From positions 10,533-74,532 of the forward strand of contig UQJE01000003.1 in the NCBI GenBank assembly GCA_900541345.1: 64,000 bases of DNA, read 5' to 3'. Below the pieces are notes generated by a model, which made no database searches, was not told the origin of the DNA, and saw nothing but the letters and a program-made list of their open reading frames with translations. The translations under genes were made by a program, and so were the position numbers. The first letter of the stretch is position 1, and each line of letters begins with the position of its first letter. Of the stretch, positions 26,898 through 37,021 are shown piece by piece. The DNA is from an uncultured Blautia sp. Its GTDB lineage: Bacteria > Bacillota > Clostridia > Lachnospirales > Lachnospiraceae.

Positions 26898-28328
26898 TCA
26901 GGAGATAAATATATCAAAATAAAGTGTATTGGAGGCTTTATCAAACAGGATTTCATCAATGAAGGACTGGAGAAAAAGTCTCTTTTTTTCATTGGAAAAT
27001 TGAGGATTTTGAAAAAGCTCATCAAAGGAAGCAAGAGAAGATGGGAGAGACGGGGGTCGAGAAGCTGGAATGGTTAAGTGGTGAAGTTTGTTTTCCAGCT
27101 CATGTTTTTGTTCCTGAATCCGCAGTTTATTCTCGCGGTATTCGCTAAGTGTGTCGATTCCGTTTTCATAAGCATCTTTTATCCTACGTTCCCGAAGAGC
27201 TAGATTTTCAAGTTGTTGTTTGAGTGATGTTTCTTCCTGGAATTTGAAACAGGAAGTGTTTGTGAGAGGACAAGATTCATAAAATGAGAAAGGCTCGATT
27301 ATTTCAGAAACCCATTGAAAATAAGAAAAGACAGAGGATTCTGCTTTTTTCAGGGAAATATTTACAGGTGTGGTGTGAAGACCTTTTGCATATTTCCAGC
27401 AGGTAAAGATGCGGCAGTTTTTAGAACCGCCAAAGGCCAGGGCAGCGTGGCAGAGAGAACATTTTAAAATGCCGGACAGACAGTGCTTTTCGCCGGAAGC
27501 GGGAGTGGGATAATATGATATTTTTCCGGACTGTAAAATTTTCATTCTGTTTTCATATTGTTCTTTTGACAGGCGTGTTTCATGGCTGCCTTCAAAAGAG
27601 ATACCATTCCACGTGACAGTCCCGGCATAAAAGGGATTTTCCAGAATTCGCATAACGGATCTTCTGTCAAATGGATTCCCACGTTTGGTGCGGTAGGAGA
27701 GGTTGTTACAGAGTTGGGCAATGTGTGCAGGGGAAAGGTGACAGGTATCAAATTGCTCCATAATAAAAGATACCGCCTCAAATTCTTTTTCATTGATAAC
27801 AAACGGTTTTCCTTTTCCGACTGCATTATACCCCAGGCAGGGGCAGGTCTGGTATCCCTGGCGAAGAGCTTTTTCTTTCATTCCGCGTTTTACTTCACCG
27901 GAAAGGCGGATAGAATAATATTCGTCCATCCATTCAATGATTCGTTCAATCAGGGTGCCAAAAGGTCCGTCTGACAGGGGTTCGGAAACACTGATAACTT
28001 CCACTTTATCTTTTTTCAGCATACTTTTGTATACAATAGATTCTTCCTGATTTCTGGCAAAACGGCTGAATTTCCACACAAGAATAACTGAAAAAGGATG
28101 TGAGGAAGATTTTGCAAGGGCAATCATTTTTTGAAATTCCGGGCGTTTTTGGGCGCTTCTTCCGGAAATGCTTTCTGTGAAGATAAAATCCTCCGGTATG
28201 TGAATGTGATTTGTCCTGGCATATTCCAGACAGAGCCGCTTTTGTGCATCAGGGGAAAGTTCATCCTGGCTATGTGTGGAGACGCGGATATATAAGGCGC
28301 CCACAGAGTGTTCGCATTGCAGTTCCAT
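26898..28328 (-). mobile_element. Large serine recombinase (resolvase + recombinase + Zn-ribbon + coiled coil)
   Basis: GALYIRVST catalytic motif, ISGRSAQKRP, VWKFSRFARN, ILENPFYAG, LSGILKCSLC; GGAGGTG RBS before ATG 28328. Confidence 0.93.
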
Positions 28329-28421
28329 AATCTCACCTCCGAATAGAATATGAGAAAAAGAGAAAAAAAGAACAGAGACAAACACTTTTTCATATGATGA
28401 AAAAAAAGAGCGGTGATGTTT

Positions 28422-28565
28422 ATGAAACCACAGGTGATTCCAAGATTTTGTATTAATGGCAAATATTACAGGCAGGATGAGATTTCAGAGAAACAGCTCA
28501 GACAAATTTTAGAAAAACGTCTGGAAAAAGCAATGGAGGCTATTTACTATAAAAGAAAATCATGA
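28422..28565 (+). CDS. 47-aa hypothetical protein divergent from the recombinase (candidate directionality factor)
   Basis: MKPQVIPRFCINGKYYRQDEISEKQLRQILEKRLEKAMEAIYYKRKS; GCGGTG RBS; below the ORF track cutoff. Confidence 0.55.
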   Translation: MKPQVIPRFCINGKYYRQDEISEKQLRQILEKRLEKAMEAIYYKRKS

Positions 28566-29609
28566 GTGACTTTCTGTGTGTCTGTATTTTCCGGGTGTTG
28601 TTCCAAAATGCTTTTTAAAAAGCCGATTAAAGTGTTCAGGATTTTCAAAGCCTGCCATATGGCTGATTTCTGCCACACTGATGTCCGTTGTCGTAAGAAG
28701 GGTGCGGGCTTTTTGAAAACGAAGGCTCTGAATAATTTGGGTAAAGGATTTTCCGGTGTATGCTTTGATCAGCCTTGAACAGTGTCCCTGGGAAAAATGA
28801 AAAGTTTCAGCCAGCTCCTGAAGGGTGACGGAATTAAAATGTTCTTCCATATACTGGATAAGCTTCATACATACCAGATTTCCCTTCCGGGTCATAAGAG
28901 GATATTGGATGCGCTCTTCATAATTTTGAAGAATTTTTGCAAAAAGAATCATAAGCTGACTGTTCAGTATATTTTCGTAATAATTCTTTTTCTCTGTGTA
29001 TTCCAGAAACATGGTAAGAACATGTTCCCGAAGATTTTTATCCTTGTCTGTATCAAGAATGAGATAAGAGTTTCCGGTATTGGAAAATAAGGACTGGTTA
29101 AAAAACAGGGAAATTTTATTTCCGTCATAAAGCATATTGTAAAAGAGATTTTCAAAAGTTCCCCGGCGAATCAAAATATTTAAGACAAGGCTGGAATCAA
29201 ATACGCTGATGGAGTGGGAAACATGAGGGGCAAGGAGACAGAACTGCCCCTCAGTCAGGGTGATTTCATCCTGATTGATTTTCTGTGTACAGGAGCCGCA
29301 AAGCACATAGGCAAGCTCAAAAAATACATGTTTGTGGCGAAAAGCGGGGGTATAGCGGTTATGTTTACTTAAAATAATGCTGTTTTTATTGTCTGGGGAA
29401 AAGTATGTTTCATCAGACATGGAAGAGGGCATATATCCCGTATCTACTTCTGTGATGATCAGACGGCGGTTGAGGATTTCCTGATAATCCAGATTTTTTA
29501 AAAATTCTTCCAGTTTCCATCTTTTCCGGCTCGCATCATAGTAGCTTTCATAAAATTTTTCATCTTCATTAAATTGAAGAAGAGAAAGGTACAATTCTTC
29601 TGTCGTCAT
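28560..29609 (-). CDS. AraC family transcriptional regulator
   Basis: HNRYTPAFRHKHVFFE cupin; GFENPEHFNRLFKKHFGTTP HTH; divergent from the sugar operon. Confidence 0.9.
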   Translation of the reverse strand: MTTEELYLSLLQFNEDEKFYESYYDASRKRWKLEEFLKNLDYQEILNRRLIITEVDTGYMPSSMSDETYFSPDNKNSIILSKHNRYTPAFRHKHVFFELAYVLCGSCTQKINQDEITLTEGQFCLLAPHVSHSISVFDSSLVLNILIRRGTFENLFYNMLYDGNKISLFFNQSLFSNTGNSYLILDTDKDKNLREHVLTMFLEYTEKKNYYENILNSQLMILFAKILQNYEERIQYPLMTRKGNLVCMKLIQYMEEHFNSVTLQELAETFHFSQGHCSRLIKAYTGKSFTQIIQSLRFQKARTLLTTTDISVAEISHMAGFENPEHFNRLFKKHFGTTPGKYRHTESHS

Positions 29610-29754
29610 GAAATAATTTACCTCCGTTTAGAATATTTTTGGTAATCATACCAGAAATATCATAAAACATCAATAAATAAGGTGATTAAATGCAATGGCG
29701 AACTTTGTCGTTTTTTCATACAATGTAGGAAGAAAGGGAAACGGAGGTTATATC

Positions 29755-31119
29755 ATGGAAAAACAGCAAATGACCGGAAAGGTCAGAAGAGAAATCTGGA
29801 GACAGAGAATCGGATATGGTTCCGCAGATTTTGCGTGTAATCTTATCTGGCAGATGATTTCACTATATCTGTTATATTTTTATACAGATGTAATGGACTT
29901 AAATGAGGTATCTATTGCCCTTATGTTTGTGGTGTGCAGGGTGATTGATGCAGGTACAGATTTATTAATCGGGTATTGTATTGACAAGACGCATACAAAG
30001 TGGGGAAAATCACGCCCGTATTTTCTTTTTGGAGCAGCGCCTTTTGCGATTTTTGCAGTTCTGGCATTTTCCGTGCCGGATATTTCGCCTACAGGAAAAC
30101 TTGTATATGCTTATGTGACGTATATTGGACTTTCTTTTATGTACACAGTTGTAAATATTCCGATGGCATCTATTCTTCCAAGCCTTACAGCAAGCACAGA
30201 GGAGAGAACGGCGCTTTCCACATCAAGAAAGTTTTTTGGATTTTTGGGAGCGTCTGTTGTAAGCGCAACGGCATTAAAGCTTGTTGATACATTCGGCGGC
30301 GGAAATGAGGCTTTGGGATTCCGTATTGTTATGATTGTATTCGGCATTGCAGGATGTGCGATTTTCTTTTTTACCTTTGCATCTGTAAGAGAGCGCGTGA
30401 CAACGGTTTCCACGCAGGCAACGCTTTTGGAAAGTCTGAAATCGCTGGCAAAAAATAAGCCCTGGATTATTTTCGCTCTCAATGTTCTTGTTATGTGGGG
30501 CGGATTTTTTATTCAGACAAGCGCCATTGTATACTATTATAAAGCAGTAATCGGAAGTGTGTCACTTTCTGTTACGGTAGCTACGATCATGTCTGTAGTT
30601 CCTATGGCGGCAAACTTTTTTGTTCCTGTTTTTGCAAAAAGACTGGGAAAACGAAATCTTTATGTCTGTGCAGCGGCAGTACAGCTTGCAGGACTTCTGA
30701 TTATCTGGATGGCAGGAATGAATCATACTGTGATTCTGGCAGGGGCGGTTGTAACAGCTTTTGGATACGGCGTAAAAGAAAGCATTTATTTCTCTATGCA
30801 GGCAGATCCTGTCGATTATGGAGAATGGAAAACAGGCATCAATACAGCAGGTTCCTTATCAGCTATTAACGGTTTTCTTGGAAAAGTTGCGCAGGCAGCT
30901 GCCGGAGGAATTGGAGGACTTCTTCTTGCATGGGGAGGATATGAAGGAAGCGCAGCCGTACAGAGTGCGAACGCAGTGACAGCAATCCGCGCCATGTACC
31001 TTTACATTCCAATGATCCTTCTTGTGTGCTCCATTGTGATTATGATGTTCTATAATCTGGATAAGATTTATCCGCAGATAAAGAAAGAGCTGGAGCAGCG
31101 TCAGCAGAATAAGGGGTGA
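29755..31119 (+). CDS. MFS glycoside-pentoside-hexuronide (GPH) cation symporter
   Basis: YFYTDV, IDKTHTKWGKSRPY, YTVVNIP, DPVDYGEWKTG. Confidence 0.92.
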   Translation: MEKQQMTGKVRREIWRQRIGYGSADFACNLIWQMISLYLLYFYTDVMDLNEVSIALMFVVCRVIDAGTDLLIGYCIDKTHTKWGKSRPYFLFGAAPFAIFAVLAFSVPDISPTGKLVYAYVTYIGLSFMYTVVNIPMASILPSLTASTEERTALSTSRKFFGFLGASVVSATALKLVDTFGGGNEALGFRIVMIVFGIAGCAIFFFTFASVRERVTTVSTQATLLESLKSLAKNKPWIIFALNVLVMWGGFFIQTSAIVYYYKAVIGSVSLSVTVATIMSVVPMAANFFVPVFAKRLGKRNLYVCAAAVQLAGLLIIWMAGMNHTVILAGAVVTAFGYGVKESIYFSMQADPVDYGEWKTGINTAGSLSAINGFLGKVAQAAAGGIGGLLLAWGGYEGSAAVQSANAVTAIRAMYLYIPMILLVCSIVIMMFYNLDKIYPQIKKELEQRQQNKG

Positions 31120-31126
31120 GTAAAGA

Positions 31127-31366
31127 ATGTTAAAAAAAGATGTGTTTTTTCGAACGATGAGTGACATACAGAATTTTAATAAAATTGCATTTCGATGCGA
31201 TTATGATGTGGATCTACAGCAGGGAAAATATCTCGTAGATGCAAAATCTATTATGGGTATTTTCAGTATGGATGTAGGAAAACCACTGGTTCTTGTCCTT
31301 CACACAGAAGAGGAAGAAGAGCTGTTGAAATTTCAGGATTATTTTAAAGAGGAAATCGAGGGATAG
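31127..31366 (+). CDS. HPr-like protein lacking the His15 segment
   Basis: VDAKSIMGIFSMD (Ser46 motif); no GLHARP. Confidence 0.8.
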   Translation: MLKKDVFFRTMSDIQNFNKIAFRCDYDVDLQQGKYLVDAKSIMGIFSMDVGKPLVLVLHTEEEEELLKFQDYFKEEIEG

Positions 31367-31369
31367 AAG

Positions 31370-32944
31370 ATGGCATTTACCTTTCAGATTAACAGAGATG
31401 TAAAATTTAATCATAATGAAGGTCTTTTAGAAAAATCAGAAAAAAACCGTCCGGAGATTTTTAAGACAAAAGTAGTTCCAAAAAGAATTGTAGAGCTGGT
31501 CAAAGACGAGAAAAAGTTAAACGGCTGGGGTGTAAAAGAGGCAGATCTTTCTCCTGTAGATTTATCTTCTTTTGGAATGCGTCGAGAGGATTCGCTTATC
31601 TTGGATTTTGGCGAACATTGTGTGGGAAGATTTTCTGTAAACATTTCCTCTGTTGGCTCTCCTATGGACGCGCCTTTATATATACGTGTCCGATTTGGGG
31701 AAATTCCGGCAGAGCTTGCAGGAGATTCTGCTTCTTACGAAGGATGGCTCAGCAAATCCTGGATTCAGGAAGAGTATATTCATCTTGATGAGCTTCCAGC
31801 AAAATTATCACTGCCAAGAAGATACAGCTTTCGATATGTAGAACTGAAAGTTCTGGATACTTCTCCGAAATGGCAGGCGGTTTTTGAAAAACCGGAAGTA
31901 ATAAAAGAAACTTCAGCAGATTACAAAAACTTAAAAGAAATTTCTTTGGAAGAAGAGCTGAAAAAAATTTATGATGTCAGTGTAAAAACTCTGGCGGAAT
32001 GTATGCAGGATGTGTTTGAAGACGGACCTAAAAGAGACAGACGTCTTTGGATTGGAGATCTGCGTCTTCAGGCACTTGCAAATTATGTCACTTTTGACAA
32101 TGCAGAGCTTGTAAAAAGATGTCTTTATCTGTTTGCCGCAATGAATACAACAGAAGGAAAAATTCCGGCAAATGTGTTTGTAAAGCCTTCCTGTCTTCCA
32201 GATGATACTTTCCTTTTTGATTACAGCCTTTTCTTTATTTCTGTTCTTTATGATTATGAAATGGCACATGAGGATATGAAGTTTTTAAAAGAGCTGTTTC
32301 CGGTGGCAAAGGCGCAGATGGACTTCTCGCTTTCTATGGTAGATGAAGAAGGAAGACTTGTATGCAGGGAAGAATATCCTGTTTTTATAGACTGGTCAAA
32401 TGAATTTAACAAGGATACAGCAGGACAGGGAGTCATGATTTATGTGCTGAAACAGTTTATTGCCCTTTCGAAGATTATGGGTGAGAAAACAGACGTATAT
32501 GAAACTGTTCTTGAAAAAATGGTTTCTTACGCAAAAAAAATCCTGTTTTCTCCAGAGAGAGGAATGTTTCTCTCGGGAGAAGAACAAGAATGTAATATTG
32601 CAAGCCAGGTGTGGATGGTTCTTGCTCAAGTGATGAATGAAGAAGAAAACAGGGCAATTATGACAAGAGCTGTAAAAGAGCTGTTCCCTGTAAAAGGTAT
32701 TGCAACACCTTATATGTATCATCACGTGACAGAGGCTCTTTTTGAAGCCGGGCTTAAAGAGGAGGGAATCCGTCTTTTAAAATCATACTGGGGAGAAATG
32801 CTTCGTCTTGGAGCGGATACATTCTGGGAGGCGTTTGAACCGGAAAATCCAAATTATTCTCCTTACGGAAACCCTATAGTGAGTAGTTATTGCCATGCAT
32901 GGAGCTGTACACCTGTTTATTTAATTCATAAATATCTGCTGTGA
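31370..32944 (+). CDS. Alpha-L-rhamnosidase (GH78)
   Basis: LDFGEH, DGPKRDRRLWIGD, FIDW, GADTFWE, SYCHAWS. Confidence 0.88.
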   Translation: MAFTFQINRDVKFNHNEGLLEKSEKNRPEIFKTKVVPKRIVELVKDEKKLNGWGVKEADLSPVDLSSFGMRREDSLILDFGEHCVGRFSVNISSVGSPMDAPLYIRVRFGEIPAELAGDSASYEGWLSKSWIQEEYIHLDELPAKLSLPRRYSFRYVELKVLDTSPKWQAVFEKPEVIKETSADYKNLKEISLEEELKKIYDVSVKTLAECMQDVFEDGPKRDRRLWIGDLRLQALANYVTFDNAELVKRCLYLFAAMNTTEGKIPANVFVKPSCLPDDTFLFDYSLFFISVLYDYEMAHEDMKFLKELFPVAKAQMDFSLSMVDEEGRLVCREEYPVFIDWSNEFNKDTAGQGVMIYVLKQFIALSKIMGEKTDVYETVLEKMVSYAKKILFSPERGMFLSGEEQECNIASQVWMVLAQVMNEEENRAIMTRAVKELFPVKGIATPYMYHHVTEALFEAGLKEEGIRLLKSYWGEMLRLGADTFWEAFEPENPNYSPYGNPIVSSYCHAWSCTPVYLIHKYLL

Positions 32945-32990
32945 TGCAGGAGAAATTGTCCGACATCTTATAACAGAAATATTAACAGAA

Positions 32991-34088
32991 TCAGAAGCAT
33001 TTGCTGCAGGGAGCATATCCCCGGGAAATGGCTTCTGATTCTGTTATTTGAGAAGCTTTATCGGGATTCATGCGTCCGCAGTCGGGAATACTGTGGTATT
33101 TGTCTCCTGTTGCAGGAATCCAGACCACAGAACCGGAGGAACTATGCGGCTGCTCTGGTGAACCAGAGGAATATTCAGAAGACGGTACAGATATTTCAGA
33201 GGAGGAATCTCCTGAGGAATAATCATTGCACGGCTCCTGATCCCATGAAATATTTTTTCCGTCAGAGAGGGCAACAACTGTACCCTGCTTATCTGTGCGA
33301 AAAACCGGAATGTTCATGGAAGAAAGACGTTCCATAGTATTGGCAGAAGGATGCCCGTACTTGTTTTCTGCTCCGCAGCTTATTACTGCCCAGGAAGGGG
33401 TGGAAGCCTCGAGAAAATCCCAGGTTGTGGAACTGGAAGAGCCGTGGTGACCAAGGGAGAGAACATCGCAGTCAAGGCTTACACCGGTACTTATCATGTC
33501 CTGTTCGCTTGTCTCTTCCGCGTCTCCTGTAAAAAGAAAGCTGTTGTTTCCGTTTATAAGACGGATTACTACAGAATTTTCATTGCTGTCGTTCGGGTCA
33601 ATTCCGGAAGGTGCAAGGACAGTAAAGCTTCCTGTTCCAAAGGAAAAAGTATCTCCAGGTTTTGGGTACTGAATGGAAATGGCGTTTGCAGTTGCTGCAT
33701 TTACAAAATCCATATATAAATCAGTACCCTGGTAGTAGTCTGCCCCTAGAATGTTTTCTACAGAAAAGTTCTGAAGGCATTTTAAAAGTCCTCCCAGATG
33801 GTCTGCATCATAGTGGGAAGAAATCATATAGTCAATGTTTTCTACATTTTGGTTGTGAAGATATTCTACTACTTCATCACTGTGGCTGGTATCGCCTCCG
33901 TCATAGAGAAGGTTTTCTCCACCGGACTGAACAAGAATGGATAGTCCCTGCCCAACGTCCAAAAAGTGAACCGCCATATCTTGCGTGCCGCTCTCTGCCT
34001 GGACAGGAAGGGTTCTTGCAGGGGACAAAAGAGTGAGAGCAAGAAGAAGTGGAAGAAAAAGTGAAAGACGTTTCTTTTTGTGCTTCAT
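32991..34088 (-). CDS. Secreted ComEC/Rec2-type metallo-beta-lactamase-fold hydrolase with C-terminal Cys/His metal-binding motif
   Basis: Signal peptide; HFLDVGQG, SHYDADHLGG, FTGDAE, GHHGS, YGHP; KYH..PDC...GY.PCSKC. Confidence 0.85.
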   Translation of the reverse strand: MKHKKKRLSLFLPLLLALTLLSPARTLPVQAESGTQDMAVHFLDVGQGLSILVQSGGENLLYDGGDTSHSDEVVEYLHNQNVENIDYMISSHYDADHLGGLLKCLQNFSVENILGADYYQGTDLYMDFVNAATANAISIQYPKPGDTFSFGTGSFTVLAPSGIDPNDSNENSVVIRLINGNNSFLFTGDAEETSEQDMISTGVSLDCDVLSLGHHGSSSSTTWDFLEASTPSWAVISCGAENKYGHPSANTMERLSSMNIPVFRTDKQGTVVALSDGKNISWDQEPCNDYSSGDSSSEISVPSSEYSSGSPEQPHSSSGSVVWIPATGDKYHSIPDCGRMNPDKASQITESEAISRGYAPCSKCF

Positions 34089-34153
34089 GATAAAATTCTC
34101 CTTTTTGTAAACATAAAAAAGCTTCAGGAATGTAACATTCCCAAAGCTTTTAG

Positions 34154-34499
34154 TGGACCTGGCGGGAATCGAACCCGCGTCCGAAAGCCTATCCCCTCAG
34201 GCATCTCCCATCACAGTCGCTGTTTTAACATTCCCTTAGTAGCACGCCCACCGACAGGCTTACTGCTTCAGTAGCTTCATAATACATCTACCGGGGCAAA
34301 GCTTACCCGGCAAGGTTTCTCACATAGTTGGCGCCAGATTCCTAAAGTGTGAGTGCTTCAGGGCTGACGAGCAGCAATTAGGCTGCTAACGCGTACTGTT
34401 CGTCTGCGTTTATATTTAGGTTCCCGGTTGGTGCGCAGTCCAGGAGTCTGCGGATGGCTTCCCAAGCTTCAAAACCCCCGTCGAAACCAGTACAAGCCC
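34154..34499 (-). ncRNA. ssrA: tmRNA; tag reading frame ADEQYALAA* (34407-34378)
   Basis: 5' GGGCTTGTACTGGTTTCGAC; 3' T-arm GGGTTCGATTCCC and acceptor CAGGTCCA with G3:U pair; resume codon GCA and YALAA tag. Confidence 0.96.
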
Positions 34500-34697
34500 G
34501 AAGACTTCACAGAAAATTCTGTGCTGGAAAACAGACGAAAGGGCAGAAATCTGCCTGTTATTTTATTATAGGCACATATGTTTGAGTTGTCAAGGATGAT
34601 TTTTTGAGAAATTCTTACAATCGTTCACAGAAGGAACATATTTCTCTGTTATAGTACAAATACAGAAGAGACGAATGAATAAATGGAGGGACAGAGA

Positions 34698-35378
34698 ATG
34701 GACGCATTAAAAATCCTTGTAGTAGATGATGAAAGTCGTATGAGAAAGCTGGTAAAAGATTTCCTTACCAGAAAAAATTTTCAAGTTCTGGAAGCAGGAA
34801 ACGGAGAAGAGGCAATGGATATTTTTTATCGGGAAAAAGATATTAACTTGATTATTCTTGATGTAATGATGCCTAAAATGGACGGTTGGGAAGTGTGTCG
34901 GGAAATACGGAAGACATCAAAAGTCCCGATTATTATGCTGACAGCGAGAAGTGACGAGAGAGATGAGCTCTTAGGCTTTGAACTTGGAGTAGACGAATAT
35001 ATCTCCAAGCCGTTCAGCCCCAAAATCCTTGTAGCGAGGGTAGAGGCAATTCTTCGAAGAACAGGACAGAGTAATCCGGAAGATGTGATTTCCAGTGGAG
35101 GAATTGTCATTGATAAAGCCGCGCATATTGCTTCTGTAGATGGAGTGCCAATGGAATTGAGTTTTAAGGAATTTGAACTTCTCACATATTTCCTTGAAAA
35201 TGAAGGTATCGCTCTTTCCAGAGAAAAAATCTTAAATTCTGTGTGGAATTATGATTACTTCGGAGATGCAAGAACCATCGATACTCATGTAAAGAAACTG
35301 AGAAGTAAAATGGGAAATAAAGGTGAATATATTAAAACCGTATGGGGAATGGGCTATAAGTTTGAGGTGGAAGAATGA
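34698..35378 (+). CDS. OmpR-family response regulator
   Basis: VVDDE, ILDVMMPKMDG, DEYISKPF, RTIDTHVKKLR, IKTVWGMGY. Confidence 0.95.
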   Translation: MDALKILVVDDESRMRKLVKDFLTRKNFQVLEAGNGEEAMDIFYREKDINLIILDVMMPKMDGWEVCREIRKTSKVPIIMLTARSDERDELLGFELGVDEYISKPFSPKILVARVEAILRRTGQSNPEDVISSGGIVIDKAAHIASVDGVPMELSFKEFELLTYFLENEGIALSREKILNSVWNYDYFGDARTIDTHVKKLRSKMGNKGEYIKTVWGMGYKFEVEE

Positions 35379-36895
35379 CAAGTCCGGAGAAAAAGGAGGC
35401 AGGAAAGAAAGGAAAGAAATTTCATACCCTGCGCCATCAAATTTCTATGATTTTTACAGCAGTTCTTCTATTTTCCATCGTAACAATTACGGTTATCAAC
35501 GGATTTTTTCTGGAAAAATATTATATTTCTCAGAAAGTAGAGATGCTTCTTCAGGCAGAGGCAACTTTGAGTAAGCTGGATATAGAGGCAATTCTTGAAA
35601 AGGGAGATGTTTCTGTTGCAGATGAAATTGGCAGGGACAGTGCCAGAAACAATTTTTCCTGGGTTATTACAGACGAAGCAAACAGCTTTGAATACGGCTG
35701 GGGAGAAAGCAAAGATATGCTCCGTGTCCGTCTGTTTGGATATATTTACGATTTGGAGCAGGATAAACCGAAAGGGAAAATATTACGGAAAGCAGATAAT
35801 TGTACAATTCAGCAGATTCATGACAGATTTGCGGGAATGGATTATGTGGAGTGTTGGGGCCAATTTGACAACGGATACTATTATCTTATCCGTACTCCGC
35901 TTGAAAGTATCCGGGAAAGTGCAGGAATTTCCAATAAGTTTTATTTCTTTGTTGGAATTGTGATCGTGCTGTTCAGCGGAATGATTATTATGATATTTAC
36001 AAATAAGATTACAAATCCAATCAGTGAGCTCACAAAGCTTTCCAGAAGAATGTCGGATTTGGATTTTGATGCCAGATATGAAAGCAGTGTGGGCAACGAA
36101 ATTGATCTTCTGGGAGAGAGCTTTAACAGAATGTCAGAGCAGTTGGAAAATACCATATCCGAATTGAAATCTGCAAATATCAAGCTTCAGAAGGATATTG
36201 AGGATAAGGTAAAAATTGATAAAATGCGAAAGGAATTTCTGGATAATGTTTCCCATGAGCTGAAGACTCCGATTGCTCTTATTCAGGGATATGCAGAAGG
36301 TCTAAAAGAAAATATTTCTGATGATCCGGAGAGCAGAGAATTCTATTGTGATGTTATTATGGATGAGTCTGCAAAAATGAATAAGCTGGTTAAAAATCTG
36401 CTTGTTTTAAATCAACTGGAATCCGGCAAGGATGAGACAGTAATGGAGAGGTTTGATATTGTATCGCTTATCCAGGGAGTCCTCCAGACAATGGATATTA
36501 TGATTCAGCAAAAGGAAGCTGCTGTAATCTTCCAGGAGCAGGCACCTGTCTATGTATGGGCGGATGAATTTAAGGTAGAAGAGGTTGTGACAAATTATGT
36601 GAGCAATGCTTTAAATCACCTGGAAGGAGAACGGCAGATTGAGTTGAAGCTTCAAATGGAAGGGGAAAAAGTGAAAGTATCTGTTTTTAATACAGGAAAT
36701 CCCATTCCGGAGGAAGATATTCCGAATCTCTGGAGTAAATTTTATAAGGTGGATAAGGCAAGGACAAGAGAGTATGGAGGAAGTGGAATCGGTCTTTCTA
36801 TTGTAAAGGCAATCATGGAGGGAATGAATCAGGAATTCGGAGTGCAGAATTATGAAAACGGAGTGGAATTCTGGTTCACTCTTGACAGGAAATAG
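35375..36895 (+). CDS. Sensor histidine kinase with HAMP domain
   Basis: Two TMs; VSHELKTP, NYVSNA, FYKVDKARTR, GSGIGL. Confidence 0.93.
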   Translation: MTSPEKKEAGKKGKKFHTLRHQISMIFTAVLLFSIVTITVINGFFLEKYYISQKVEMLLQAEATLSKLDIEAILEKGDVSVADEIGRDSARNNFSWVITDEANSFEYGWGESKDMLRVRLFGYIYDLEQDKPKGKILRKADNCTIQQIHDRFAGMDYVECWGQFDNGYYYLIRTPLESIRESAGISNKFYFFVGIVIVLFSGMIIMIFTNKITNPISELTKLSRRMSDLDFDARYESSVGNEIDLLGESFNRMSEQLENTISELKSANIKLQKDIEDKVKIDKMRKEFLDNVSHELKTPIALIQGYAEGLKENISDDPESREFYCDVIMDESAKMNKLVKNLLVLNQLESGKDETVMERFDIVSLIQGVLQTMDIMIQQKEAAVIFQEQAPVYVWADEFKVEEVVTNYVSNALNHLEGERQIELKLQMEGEKVKVSVFNTGNPIPEEDIPNLWSKFYKVDKARTREYGGSGIGLSIVKAIMEGMNQEFGVQNYENGVEFWFTLDRK

Positions 36896-37021
36896 AATTT
36901 TATGGTAAGAAAAGCAGGCAGAAGTGAAGAAAGTTCTTTGCAACTGTCTGTTTTTGCGTTATACTGTAACAATGGAATTATGAAAATGGCGAAATATGCG
37001 CCGGACAAAGAGGTGAATTAC

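Noticed and set aside
26303..27034. 243-aa ORF as an intact cotJC
   Set aside because: The first ~60 residues are non-homologous and overlap the recombinase 3' end; homology starts at GGPDGE
26898..34154. Genomic island integrated at the tmRNA 3' end by the serine recombinase
   Set aside because: No duplicated tmRNA 3' end was found, and the recombinase abuts the cotJC break instead
34151..34185. tRNA gene
   Set aside because: This is the tRNA-like 3' end of tmRNA
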